Of a stretch of DNA of 64,000 bases, positions 17,072 to 25,512 are shown piece after piece (position 1 is the stretch's first letter; every line of letters begins with the position of its first letter). The notes below the pieces were generated by a model. It was not told where the DNA came from. It saw only the letters and a program-made list of their open reading frames with translations, and did no database searches. The position numbers and the translations under genes were made by a program. The DNA is from Oscillospiraceae bacterium (lineage in GTDB: Bacteria; Bacillota; Clostridia; Oscillospirales; Oscillospiraceae): positions 489,738-553,737 of the forward strand of contig SVKO01000001.1 of NCBI GenBank assembly GCA_015068455.1, in the 5' to 3' direction.

Positions 17072-18178
17072 TCAGCGGCTGGCCAGGGTGGCGTTTTGAT
17101 AGGCCTCGTCGCCCGTGATCTCGCGGATGATCCTGAGCCCTTCGGGGAAGCGGATCTCCGCGTTCTCATCGCTCAACTCGATCTCAGCCACCGCCTGATC
17201 GTCCCAGAAGGGATAGACGTCGATCTCAAAGTACTGGCGGTCGTAGGTCAGGCAGTAGCGGGTCTTGCGGATGGGACGCTTGTTCGGGTCGGCCTCCATC
17301 AGCAGGCCCAGATATTCGCTCTGGCTCAGGCGCTGCTCGATCTCCGTCCGGGTGGTGTCGGAGATCCGGCGCTTCCAGGTCTTGTAGTAGATGTAGCTGC
17401 CCTTCTCGCCCCGCTGGCGGATGCGCAGCTCCTCACCCTCCGGCGCCCGCAGGTAGGTCTGGATGATCTCCACCTTCCGGCAGTTGGGCAGGGACTCCAG
17501 CCAGACAAGATCCGGGTACTCGATGAGGAACCGCCGCTCGATCTCCAGGGGCGCGGGCTCGCCCAGGAAGCTGCGGATCTCCCTGATGAGGTTTTTGAGC
17601 TTGTCTTCAAAGTTGTCGCAGTTGTCGATCACCCGCAGGTGGGGATGGCCCGTCCAGGCGGCGATCATCATGTCGTCCAGGGCGACGGCCTCCTCGGGGG
17701 TCTCGGTGCGGGCCTGGTTGTTGGCGGTGGTGTAGTATCGGGCGTCGCCCTTGGCCGCCGTGACCAGGTGGAAGACCGCGTCATAATTGTCCCGGAGCTG
17801 GATCTCGTCGGTATGGAAGGCTTCGAGCACCTGGATATATTCCTCCCCGGTCATGTAGGCCTTATTGTCGACGGTGCCCCGGTCGCACACGATGAGGATC
17901 TTTTCCCCGGCCATGGAGCGGGCGGCCGCCTCGAAGACCCGCTCTTTCTCCAGCTGCAGATGCATCTGGCAGAGCTGATAGGTCAGATTCGTTCCGCAGG
18001 TGTCGGGCGCGACGCCGCCGGTGATCAGCTCCGTGGCCGTCTCCGGTACGAAGAGGACACGGTAGCCCAGCTTGACGAAGGCATTCTGGATCCAGCTCAT
18101 GCCGGTGGTCTTGCCGGCGCAGGGACCGCCGGTGAGGACGATCTTGTGGATCTTCGGGCGGGATGTTTCCTCCTTCAT
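17072..18178 (-). CDS. P-loop NTPase (AAA_28/NadR-kinase-like) fused to a CYTH (triphosphate tunnel metalloenzyme) domain
   Basis: 368 aa. N-terminus: KIVLTGGPCAGKTT Walker A, LIVCDRG Walker B-like. C-terminal half opens with EIERRFLI (the CYTH ExExK-type signature) and ends with acidic strands (VAEIELSDE). Confidence 0.8.
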   Translation of the reverse strand: MKEETSRPKIHKIVLTGGPCAGKTTGMSWIQNAFVKLGYRVLFVPETATELITGGVAPDTCGTNLTYQLCQMHLQLEKERVFEAAARSMAGEKILIVCDRGTVDNKAYMTGEEYIQVLEAFHTDEIQLRDNYDAVFHLVTAAKGDARYYTTANNQARTETPEEAVALDDMMIAAWTGHPHLRVIDNCDNFEDKLKNLIREIRSFLGEPAPLEIERRFLIEYPDLVWLESLPNCRKVEIIQTYLRAPEGEELRIRQRGEKGSYIYYKTWKRRISDTTRTEIEQRLSQSEYLGLLMEADPNKRPIRKTRYCLTYDRQYFEIDVYPFWDDQAVAEIELSDENAEIRFPEGLRIIREITGDEAYQNATLASR

Positions 18179-18201
18179 GGATCACAGCTCCTTTGTGGAA
18201 A

Positions 18202-19239
18202 TTACAGGGCGATGCGGCGCTTTTTGGCGTTGCTCATCTGGGCGGCCTCGATGATGCGCAGCACGTCCGCGGTCTGCTCGGGGGGCACCAGCGCCGGCGC
18301 GCCGGCGGTGATGACCTCGTACAGATTCTCATAGTAGCGGGCGTAGGAGCTCACCACGGTGGGGATCTTCTTCTCCAGGATCTGCGCCCCGTCGTCATAG
18401 TACAGGGTGCCCCAGCATTCCTCGCCTTCGGCGTCCCAGTCGGGCGCGGGGGGCCGCTTGCCCGCGAGCAGGGCGGCCTCCTGCACGTCCTCGCCGTACT
18501 TGATGAAGGTGCCCCGCCGGCCGCTGACCATGTAGTGCGGGCCCTGGCGGGCCACCACCTCGCCGGCGGAGAGGATGGCCTTGACCTTGTCATAGTAGAG
18601 GATCACCTCGAAATTGTCGATGCCCGGGGACTCGGGCCGCTGCTGGCGGAAGTCGGCGTAGACCTCGTTGGGCATGCCGAAGAGCACATAGGCCTGGTCG
18701 ATGATATGCACGCCCAGATCGTAGAGCACGCCCACGCCCGCGCCGCCCGCGGCCTTCCAGGGCTTGGGGTTGACGCCCCGCTCAAAGCGGTCGTAGTGGG
18801 CCTCGTAGTCCAGGACTTCGCCCAGCTCGCCGGCCTCGATCAGATTTTTCACCGTGAGGAAATCGGAGTCCAGGCGGCGGTTCTGGAAGACGGAGAGCAC
18901 CACGCCCTGCTTTTTTGCAAAGGCGCACAGCTCGGCGGCCTCGGTGGAGGTGGCCGCCACGGGCTTCTCCACCACCACATGCTTGCCCGCGGCCATGGCC
19001 TGCTTCGCAAAGGGCACATGGGTATCGTTGGGCGTGGAGATGATCACCAGGTCGATGTCGTCGGTGAGCAGCTCCTCAAAGGAGCGGACGATCTGCACGT
19101 CGGGGTACTCCCCCTTCGCCCGCTCGGTCTTGCGTTCGTATACCTTTTTCAGCTCAAAATTCGGGTCGGCGTGGATGAACGGGGCCTGAAAGATCTTGCC
19201 GGACAGGCCGAAGCCGGCGATGGCGGTGCGGATTTTCAT
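18202..19239 (-). CDS. Gfo/Idh/MocA family oxidoreductase
   Basis: 345 aa. MKIRTAIAGFGLSGKIF Rossmann opening, EKP motif (HVVVEKPVA), C-terminal alpha/beta dimerisation domain. Confidence 0.88.
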   Translation of the reverse strand: MKIRTAIAGFGLSGKIFQAPFIHADPNFELKKVYERKTERAKGEYPDVQIVRSFEELLTDDIDLVIISTPNDTHVPFAKQAMAAGKHVVVEKPVAATSTEAAELCAFAKKQGVVLSVFQNRRLDSDFLTVKNLIEAGELGEVLDYEAHYDRFERGVNPKPWKAAGGAGVGVLYDLGVHIIDQAYVLFGMPNEVYADFRQQRPESPGIDNFEVILYYDKVKAILSAGEVVARQGPHYMVSGRRGTFIKYGEDVQEAALLAGKRPPAPDWDAEGEECWGTLYYDDGAQILEKKIPTVVSSYARYYENLYEVITAGAPALVPPEQTADVLRIIEAAQMSNAKKRRIAL

Positions 19240-19267
19240 GGGGACGCTCCTTTCCGGGACAGGGTGA

Positions 19268-21742
19268 TTATTCGATGCCGGTGACCTCGTAGCCCGCCTC
19301 GGCGACGGCGGCGCGGATGGCCTCGTCGGACACGCCGCCGGCCAGGGTCGCCTGCTTGTCCTCCAGGCTGACCTCGACCTCCGCCGCGCCCTCCAGGGCT
19401 TCCAGGGCCTTCTTCACATGGGCTACGCAGTGCATGCACATCATGCCTTCGATCTTCACAGTCTTTTTCACGGTTGCTTCCTCCTTTATTTCCTCGGCGG
19501 CCTCCTCCGGGAGCTCCGCCGGGTGAACACGTCGTTTGTTGGGCTTGTAGGGATCGAACAGGTTCAGCCGCAGGGCGTTGGATACCACGCAGAAGCTCGA
19601 CAGGCTCATGGCCGCGGCGCCGATCATGGGGTTCAGGGTGATGCCCCGGGAGATCAGGGCCCCCGCCGCCAGGGGGATGCCGATGCAGTTGTAGAAGAAC
19701 GCCCAGAACAGGTTTTCGTGGATGTTCGTCAGGGTCTGCCGCGACAGGCGGATGGCCGCCGCCACGTCCCGGACGCTGGATTTCATCAGCACCACGTCCG
19801 CGGCGTCCAGGGCCACGTCCGAGCCCGCGCCGATGGCCACGCCCACGTCCGCCCGGGTGAGGGCCGGGGCGTCGTTGATGCCGTCGCCCACCATGGCGGT
19901 GACGCCGGAGGCCTTTAGCCGGTTGATCACGGCCTCCTTGTCCGCGGGCAGCACGTCCGCGATCACCCGGCCCACGCCGGCCTGGGCCGCAATGGCCCGG
20001 GCGGTGCGCTTGTTGTCGCCGGTGAGCAGGACGGTGCGGATGCCCATGTCACGCAGCTCGGCAATGGCGCGGACGCTGTCTTCCCGCAGCACGTCCGCCA
20101 CGGCGATCAGCCCCAGCAGGCGGCCGCCTTTGGCAAAGTACAGGGGCGTCTTGCCCTCCAGGCTGAGCTCTTCGCTGGTTTTCTTCATATCCGGGGTCAG
20201 GAGCCCCTCGCGCTCGAGCAGGGCCGCGCTGCCGCCCAGTACCGGCGCGCCGTGCAGGGTCCCCTGCACGCCGAAGCCCGGCAGGGCCCGGAAACCGTCG
20301 ATGGCGTCGCCCTTGCCCAGGGCGCAGACCGCCCCGGCCAGGGGATGCTCGCTGCCGCCCTCCACGGCCACGGCGCAGGAGATCAGCTCCTCCTCCGTCA
20401 CACCGGGGGCGGGCAGGATGTCCGTCACCGCGGGCTCGCCCCGGGTGAGGGTGCCGGTCTTGTCCAGGGCCACGATCTGCGTCCTGCCGGTGTGCTCCAG
20501 GGCTGCGGCGGTTTTGAACAGGACGCCGTGCTTCGCGCCCACGCCGCCGCCGGCCATGATGGCCACGGGGGTGGCCAGGCCCAGGGCGCAGGGGCAGCTG
20601 ATGACCAGCACGCTGATGGCCCGGCCCAGGGCGAAGCCGAAGGGCCTGCCGAGGGCCAGCCAGACGACGGCGGTGACGGCGGCGATGGCGATGACCGCCG
20701 GCACGAACACGCCGGAGACCTTGTCCGCCACCTTGGCGATGGGGGCCTTCGTGGCGGCCGCGTCCTCCACCAGGGAAATGATCTGCTGCAAGGTGGTATC
20801 CGCGCCCACGCGGGTGGCCTCGCATTTAAGAAGCCCCTGCTGATTGATGGTGCCCGCCGAGACGAGAGAGCCCGGAGCCTTCTCCACGGGCAGGCTCTCG
20901 CCGGTGAGGGCGGCCTCGTTCACCGCGCCGGCGCCCTCCAGCACCCGGCCGTCCACGCCGATGCGCTCGCCGGGCCGCAGCAGGAAAATATCGCCCTTCA
21001 TTACCTCCGCGGCGGGGATCTGCCGCTCGACGCCGTCGCGGATCACCGTGGCGGTCTCCGGAGCCAGGGCCATGAGGGCGCGCACCGCGTCGGTGGTCTT
21101 GCCCTTGCTGCGCTCCTCCAGGAGCTTGCCCACGGTGATGAGGGTGAGGATCATGGCAGCCGATTCAAAATAGAGCCCGTGCAGGATCTCCATGCCCCGG
21201 GCGGGGTCCTGGGCCATGACAAGGGTCTGGGCGGCGCTGTATAAGAAGGCCGCGCCGGAGCCCATGGAAACAAGGGTATCCATATTGGGCGCGCCGTGGA
21301 CGGCGCTGCGCCAGCCGCTGATGAAGAACCGCTGGTTGATGACCATCACCGCCGCCGCCAGAAGCAGCTCGAGGAGGGCAATGGTCATGGGGGTCCAGTC
21401 CGGCAGGGGCAGATGCAGCATCGTATGGCCCATGGAGATGTACATGAGCACAAGCAGCAGCACGATGGAGGCGATCAGCCGGCCCGCGATCTTCGGCGCG
21501 TCCGGGGCGCTTTCTTTTTTGACGGGGGCGGCGTCCCTGGGGGAGGCGCCGTAACCGGCCTTTTCCACGGCCTTGCAGATGGCCCTGGCCGTGGCGGGGC
21601 CGTCATAGCCCACCTGCATGGAGTTGGTCAGCAGGCTGACCGCCACGCTCTGCACCCCCGGCACCTTGGCCACGGCTTTTTCCACGTGGGCGCTGCAGGC
21701 GGCGCAGGTCATGCCGGTCACATTGAATTTTTCCTGTTTCAT
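19268..21742 (-). CDS. copA: copper-translocating P1B-type ATPase with N- and C-terminal HMA domains
   Basis: 824 aa. N-terminal HMA GMTCAACSAHVE, TM CPC motif (SCPCALGLATP), DKTGTLT phosphorylation site, GDGINDAP, and a second HMA at the C-terminus (GMMCMHCVAHVKKALE). Confidence 0.93.
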   Translation of the reverse strand: MKQEKFNVTGMTCAACSAHVEKAVAKVPGVQSVAVSLLTNSMQVGYDGPATARAICKAVEKAGYGASPRDAAPVKKESAPDAPKIAGRLIASIVLLLVLMYISMGHTMLHLPLPDWTPMTIALLELLLAAAVMVINQRFFISGWRSAVHGAPNMDTLVSMGSGAAFLYSAAQTLVMAQDPARGMEILHGLYFESAAMILTLITVGKLLEERSKGKTTDAVRALMALAPETATVIRDGVERQIPAAEVMKGDIFLLRPGERIGVDGRVLEGAGAVNEAALTGESLPVEKAPGSLVSAGTINQQGLLKCEATRVGADTTLQQIISLVEDAAATKAPIAKVADKVSGVFVPAVIAIAAVTAVVWLALGRPFGFALGRAISVLVISCPCALGLATPVAIMAGGGVGAKHGVLFKTAAALEHTGRTQIVALDKTGTLTRGEPAVTDILPAPGVTEEELISCAVAVEGGSEHPLAGAVCALGKGDAIDGFRALPGFGVQGTLHGAPVLGGSAALLEREGLLTPDMKKTSEELSLEGKTPLYFAKGGRLLGLIAVADVLREDSVRAIAELRDMGIRTVLLTGDNKRTARAIAAQAGVGRVIADVLPADKEAVINRLKASGVTAMVGDGINDAPALTRADVGVAIGAGSDVALDAADVVLMKSSVRDVAAAIRLSRQTLTNIHENLFWAFFYNCIGIPLAAGALISRGITLNPMIGAAAMSLSSFCVVSNALRLNLFDPYKPNKRRVHPAELPEEAAEEIKEEATVKKTVKIEGMMCMHCVAHVKKALEALEGAAEVEVSLEDKQATLAGGVSDEAIRAAVAEAGYEVTGIE

Positions 21743-21760
21743 AGCGCGTGTTCCTTTTTG

Positions 21761-22825
21761 CTAAATAACCATTTCAAATTCGCCCAGGGCGCCGGAGGCA
21801 AAATATTTTTCCAGCTCCGCGGGACGGTAGATCCCCTGGTCCGTCACCACGCCGGTGACAAGGGACGGGGGCGTGATATCAAAGGCGGGATAATACCCCT
21901 TCACGCCCCGTGCCGCCGTGCGCACGCCCATGGCCTGGAGGGTGAATTCCGGGTCGCGCATCTCAATGGTCACGTCTGCCCGGGTGCGCATCCCCCGATC
22001 CGGGGCGCCGGTGACATAGTAGGGCACGCCCAGATAGTTCGCCGCGATGGCGATCTGGAAGGTGCCCACCTTGTTGACCACGGTGCCGTCGAGGCAGATG
22101 GCGTCGGCGGCGGAGGTGAACAGGTCGATGCCCTCCCGCTCCATGACGTAAGCGGGCATATTGTCGGTAATGACCGTGGTATCGAAGCCCATGTCGCGGC
22201 AGACCGTGGCGGTGAGGCGCGCCCCCTGAAAATAGGGACGGGTCTCGGCGCAGAAGATTTTGAGCCGCTTATTTTGCGCCCGGGCGGCCTTCAGGAACAT
22301 GCCCAGCACGGTCTCGGCGTAGCACTGGGTGAGCACCTTGCCGCCGTCGGGCAGCAGATCGGCCAGATATGCGCCCATGCGCTCGACCTTGCGGTAGCGC
22401 ACATTGTTGGCGTGGACGGTGTGATCCCGGATGGCCTCCGGCACGGGCCGTCCCTCGGCCAGGGCGCGCTCCGCCGCGGCCAGGCAGCCGCCGGTGATGA
22501 GCTCCATCCGTCCCACGGTGGTGGGCCGGGCGTGGGAGAGGGTATGGGCGGCCTGTTTCAGATATGTAAGCTGCTCCGTCCCGGATCTGTCCCGGCATTC
22601 CCAGGCCGCCAGGGCCATGCCCATGGCGCAGGCGGTGAAGGGGCCGGCGGACTGGGTGACCATGTCGGCGATGGCCTGCGCCACTTCGCCGTGGCTCCGG
22701 CAGGTCACGAAGCGGACCTGCGGATAGACCCGGCGGTCCAGGATGCGCACGGCGCCGGATTCGTACCAGGCGACGTTTTCGTATTGCAGGGCGAAGGCCA
22801 GGCCCGCGTCGGCTCTGGGCTCCAT
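21761..22825 (-). CDS. mtnA: S-methyl-5-thioribose-1-phosphate isomerase (eIF-2B alpha/beta/delta family)
   Basis: 354 aa. ILDRRVYPQ.., TRPYFQGARLTA, GADAI..NGTVVNKVGT-like segment, PAFDITPPSLVTGVVTDQG. Confidence 0.85.
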   Translation of the reverse strand: MEPRADAGLAFALQYENVAWYESGAVRILDRRVYPQVRFVTCRSHGEVAQAIADMVTQSAGPFTACAMGMALAAWECRDRSGTEQLTYLKQAAHTLSHARPTTVGRMELITGGCLAAAERALAEGRPVPEAIRDHTVHANNVRYRKVERMGAYLADLLPDGGKVLTQCYAETVLGMFLKAARAQNKRLKIFCAETRPYFQGARLTATVCRDMGFDTTVITDNMPAYVMEREGIDLFTSAADAICLDGTVVNKVGTFQIAIAANYLGVPYYVTGAPDRGMRTRADVTIEMRDPEFTLQAMGVRTAARGVKGYYPAFDITPPSLVTGVVTDQGIYRPAELEKYFASGALGEFEMVI

Positions 22826-23640
22826 CAGATCTTCTCCACGATCCGCGCCACATAGCGGCTGAACCGCTCGGCGATGGCGTCGCCCGCGGCCACCACCTCA
22901 TCGTCGCTGATGGGCGCGGCCTCGATGCCGGCGGCCATGTTTGCCAGGAAGGAGATGCCCAGCACCGGCAGACCGCAGTGAGCTGCTGTGAGGGCCTCGG
23001 TGACGGTGGACATGCCCACGGCGTCGCCGCCCAGCAGCCGGATGGCCCGGATCTCCGCCGGGGTCTCGAACTGGGGGCCGGGCATGAAGAAGTAGACGCC
23101 CTCGTGCACCGTCAGGCCGCTGCCCTTCGCCGCTTTCCGGGCGATTTTTAAAAGGTCGGGATCATACATGCGGCTGACGTCGAAAAACCGCTGGCCGATG
23201 CGCTCGTCGTTGGGCCCGCGCATGGGGCTGGCGCCCATGAGCTTGATGTGGTCGGTGATGAGCATGAGATCGCCGGGGCGATAGTCGAGATTCACCGCGC
23301 CGGCGGCATTGGTGAGGATCAGCGCCCGCACCCCCAGACCCTTGAGCACCCGCACGGGGATGGACAGCTGCTCGAAGTCGTAGCCCTCGTAGTAGTGGAA
23401 CCGGCCGGACATACACACGACCCGCCGTCCCGCCACGGTGCCGAAGATCAGCTTGCCCGCGTGGGAGGCCACGGTGGAGATGAGAAAATTGGGGATGTCG
23501 CGGTAGTCCACGGTGACGGGATTTTCAATGGAATCGGCGAAGGGGCCCAGGGCCGAGCCCAGGACGATGGCGATCTCCGGCGGCTCGGGAACGATGGAGC
23601 GCAGGTATTGACAGGAAACCTCGTAATAGCTCTGATCCAT
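22825..23640 (-). CDS. purine nucleoside phosphorylase (PunA type, trimeric PNP family)
   Basis: 271 aa from ATG 23640 (AGGAG RBS). IAIVLGSALGPFAD, STVASHAGKLIFG, GRFHYYEGY, TNAAGAVN, GVYFFMPGPQFETPAE, GADAVGMSTV. The track ORF (to 24909) is an artefactual N-terminal extension. The stop overlaps the mtnA ATG. Confidence 0.9.
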   Translation of the reverse strand: MDQSYYEVSCQYLRSIVPEPPEIAIVLGSALGPFADSIENPVTVDYRDIPNFLISTVASHAGKLIFGTVAGRRVVCMSGRFHYYEGYDFEQLSIPVRVLKGLGVRALILTNAAGAVNLDYRPGDLMLITDHIKLMGASPMRGPNDERIGQRFFDVSRMYDPDLLKIARKAAKGSGLTVHEGVYFFMPGPQFETPAEIRAIRLLGGDAVGMSTVTEALTAAHCGLPVLGISFLANMAAGIEAAPISDDEVVAAGDAIAERFSRYVARIVEKI

Positions 23641-23732
23641 GATGATGCTCCTTTGGCTTTTTTCCTTATTATAGCATAAGCGGCGAAAAAAGGACATATT
23701 TTTTCCGCGCTCTAAACGCGTGTCCGGCTGCC

Positions 23733-24785
23733 TCAGGTTTGCGGTTTTTGGGCGCCGTCCCATAATTCCAGCAGCTGGCCGAGGAGCATGGCGCCGATGG
23801 GGAAGAGGATCATCCCCGCCACGCCGCACAGGCGGAAGCCGGTGTACAGGGCGCCCAGGGTCATCAGCGGGCTCAGGCCCAGGTGCCGGCCCAGCAGCCG
23901 GGGCTCCAGGGTGGTGCGGGTGAGGGCGCAGGCGGCATACAGAAGGGCCAGGCCGATGCCCCGCCGGGTCTGCCCCCGCAGCATGCACGCCGCGCCCCAG
24001 GGCAGCAGAACGGTGCCGGAGCCCAGCAGGGGCAGGGCGTCCACCATGGCCGTCAGGGCGGCCATGCCCAGGAACCGGCGCACCCGCAGCACGAGCAGCC
24101 CCGCCGTGCAGATGGCGAAGGTCACCGCCATCAGCCGCAGCTCGGCCCGGAGCCAGAGCCCGAGGGCGTTCTTCGTCTTCTCGGCCCCCTGCCGCAGCCG
24201 GGAACGGATGCGCAGGGGCAGGCGCTGCCGGACGGCGCGGCGGATCTCCGGAAGCCGGGCGCAGAGCATGAAGCTCGAGAGCACCGCCGTGACGGCAAAG
24301 ACGAGGGCGTTCGGCAGGGCGGACACCGCGCCGCCCACGGCGGCGAGGACCGCGTCCGTCAGCTTCTGGCCGAGCTGTTCGCTCCGGGCAAGGAGGGATT
24401 CCGTCCAGGCGCGCAGGCTGGCCTCCAGCTCCGCCGGGGCCCGCCGGCACAGGGCGTCCGAGGCCTGGGCCAGGGAGCCTGCGGCAGACCGGAGCAGGGC
24501 GGGCAGCTCCGGCGCCAGGGCTCCCAGCCGGGCGGCCAGGACCCTGGTCAGCAGCCAGAGGCCCAGCCCCAGGGAGGCATAGATCACGCAGACGCTCAGA
24601 AAGCTCGCGGCCCACCGGGGCGCGAAGCGCTCGCACCGGCGGGTCATGGGCTGGGCCAGAGCCGCCACCGCCAGACCGATGGCAAAGGGCAGAACCGCCG
24701 GGAACACGTAGCGCACGCCCAGCCACAGCCCCAGCGCGCCCAGGAGCGCCGTCAAAGCCGCCCGTTCCCAATTGCGTCCCGTCAT
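23733..24785 (-). CDS. AI-2E family transporter / sporulation integral membrane protein YtvI-like
   Basis: 350 aa, 8 TM segments, characteristic ending ..GLSPLMTLGALYTGFRLCGVAGMILFPIGAML. Confidence 0.8.
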   Translation of the reverse strand: MTGRNWERAALTALLGALGLWLGVRYVFPAVLPFAIGLAVAALAQPMTRRCERFAPRWAASFLSVCVIYASLGLGLWLLTRVLAARLGALAPELPALLRSAAGSLAQASDALCRRAPAELEASLRAWTESLLARSEQLGQKLTDAVLAAVGGAVSALPNALVFAVTAVLSSFMLCARLPEIRRAVRQRLPLRIRSRLRQGAEKTKNALGLWLRAELRLMAVTFAICTAGLLVLRVRRFLGMAALTAMVDALPLLGSGTVLLPWGAACMLRGQTRRGIGLALLYAACALTRTTLEPRLLGRHLGLSPLMTLGALYTGFRLCGVAGMILFPIGAMLLGQLLELWDGAQKPQT

Positions 24786-24822
24786 GAAGGCCTCCTTTCT
24801 TCGAAAAAGGATGGATCATCCC

Positions 24823-24851
24823 TTGAATTTGGCAAAAATCTGTGATAAAAT
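24823..24851 (+). promoter_or_regulatory. sigma-A promoter of the ACT-domain gene
   Basis: TTGAAT (24823-24828), 17 nt, TAAAAT (24846-24851), with TG two nt upstream (extended -10). Confidence 0.6.
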
Positions 24852-24901
24852 GTGTGATACAGAAACAAATGCACGCGACACACGCACACGGAGGGATCGA
24901 C

Positions 24902-25342
24902 ATGCACAAGAAGCCCAGATACTATATCGTCGAGGCATCCGCGCTGCCGGAGGTATTCCTCAAGGTGGCGCAGACCAAGCATCTGCTGGAGACCGGCGCC
25001 GCCCGCACCGTCAACGACGCGGCCCGCATCACCGGCATTTCCCGCAGCGCGTTCTATAAGTACCGCGACGCCATCTATCCCTTCCAGGATCTGATGGCGG
25101 GCAGGATCATCACCTTCCAGATGATGCTGCGCGACGAGCCCGGCTGTCTGTCGTCGCTACTGTCCATTTTTGCCCAATTCGGCGCAAATATACTGACCAT
25201 CAACCAGACCATCCCCTCCAACGGCTGCGCCAGCGTGACGGTCTCCGCGGAGACCACGGCCCTGGAATGCACCGTGGAGGAGCTCCTGCGCCACATCTCC
25301 GAGGTCAAGGGCGTCATCCGTGCGGATATCCTGGCGGGATGA
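24902..25342 (+). CDS. UPF0735-type ACT domain protein with N-terminal HTH-like segment
   Basis: Start reset to ATG 24902 (GGAGGG RBS). MHKKPRYYIVEASALPEVFLKVAQTKHLL..ISRSAFYKYRD, then an ACT fold (ITFQMMLRDEPGCLSSLLSIFAQFGANILTINQ). Confidence 0.82.
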   Translation: MHKKPRYYIVEASALPEVFLKVAQTKHLLETGAARTVNDAARITGISRSAFYKYRDAIYPFQDLMAGRIITFQMMLRDEPGCLSSLLSIFAQFGANILTINQTIPSNGCASVTVSAETTALECTVEELLRHISEVKGVIRADILAG

Positions 25343-25367
25343 CATCCGGGCGTCCTTACAACCTATG

Positions 25368-25403
25368 AAAAAAGAGCGGGCGTCTGCACCCGCTCTTTTT
25401 TTG
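25368..25403 (+). terminator. intrinsic terminator
   Basis: AGAGCGGG-cgtctgca-CCCGCTCT followed by TTTTTTT, with an A-run upstream. Confidence 0.85.
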
Positions 25404-25410
25404 CGCATTC

Positions 25411-25430
25411 TGAAATCTTCATGAAATCTT
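25411..25430 (+). promoter_or_regulatory. direct-repeat candidate response-regulator binding site upstream of two-component system 1
   Basis: TGAAATCTT (25411-25419) and TGAAATCTT (25422-25430), identical 9-mers with 11-bp periodicity. They lie about 40-60 nt upstream of an extended -10 (TGGTATGAT, 25466-25474) that lacks a good -35. Confidence 0.45.
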
Positions 25431-25512
25431 AATCCCCCGGTATCTTTCTTCTTAAGGTCCGGCTGTGGTATGATATGGCCGTAAGGACCGGTCCAACGAA
25501 AGGAAAAACACT

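Noticed and set aside
23641-24909. 694-aa version of the phosphorylase ORF (22825..24909)
   Set aside because: The upstream 420 aa are the antisense shadow of the ytvI-like gene. The PNP homology starts exactly at MDQSYY (ATG 23640) with an AGGAG RBS.
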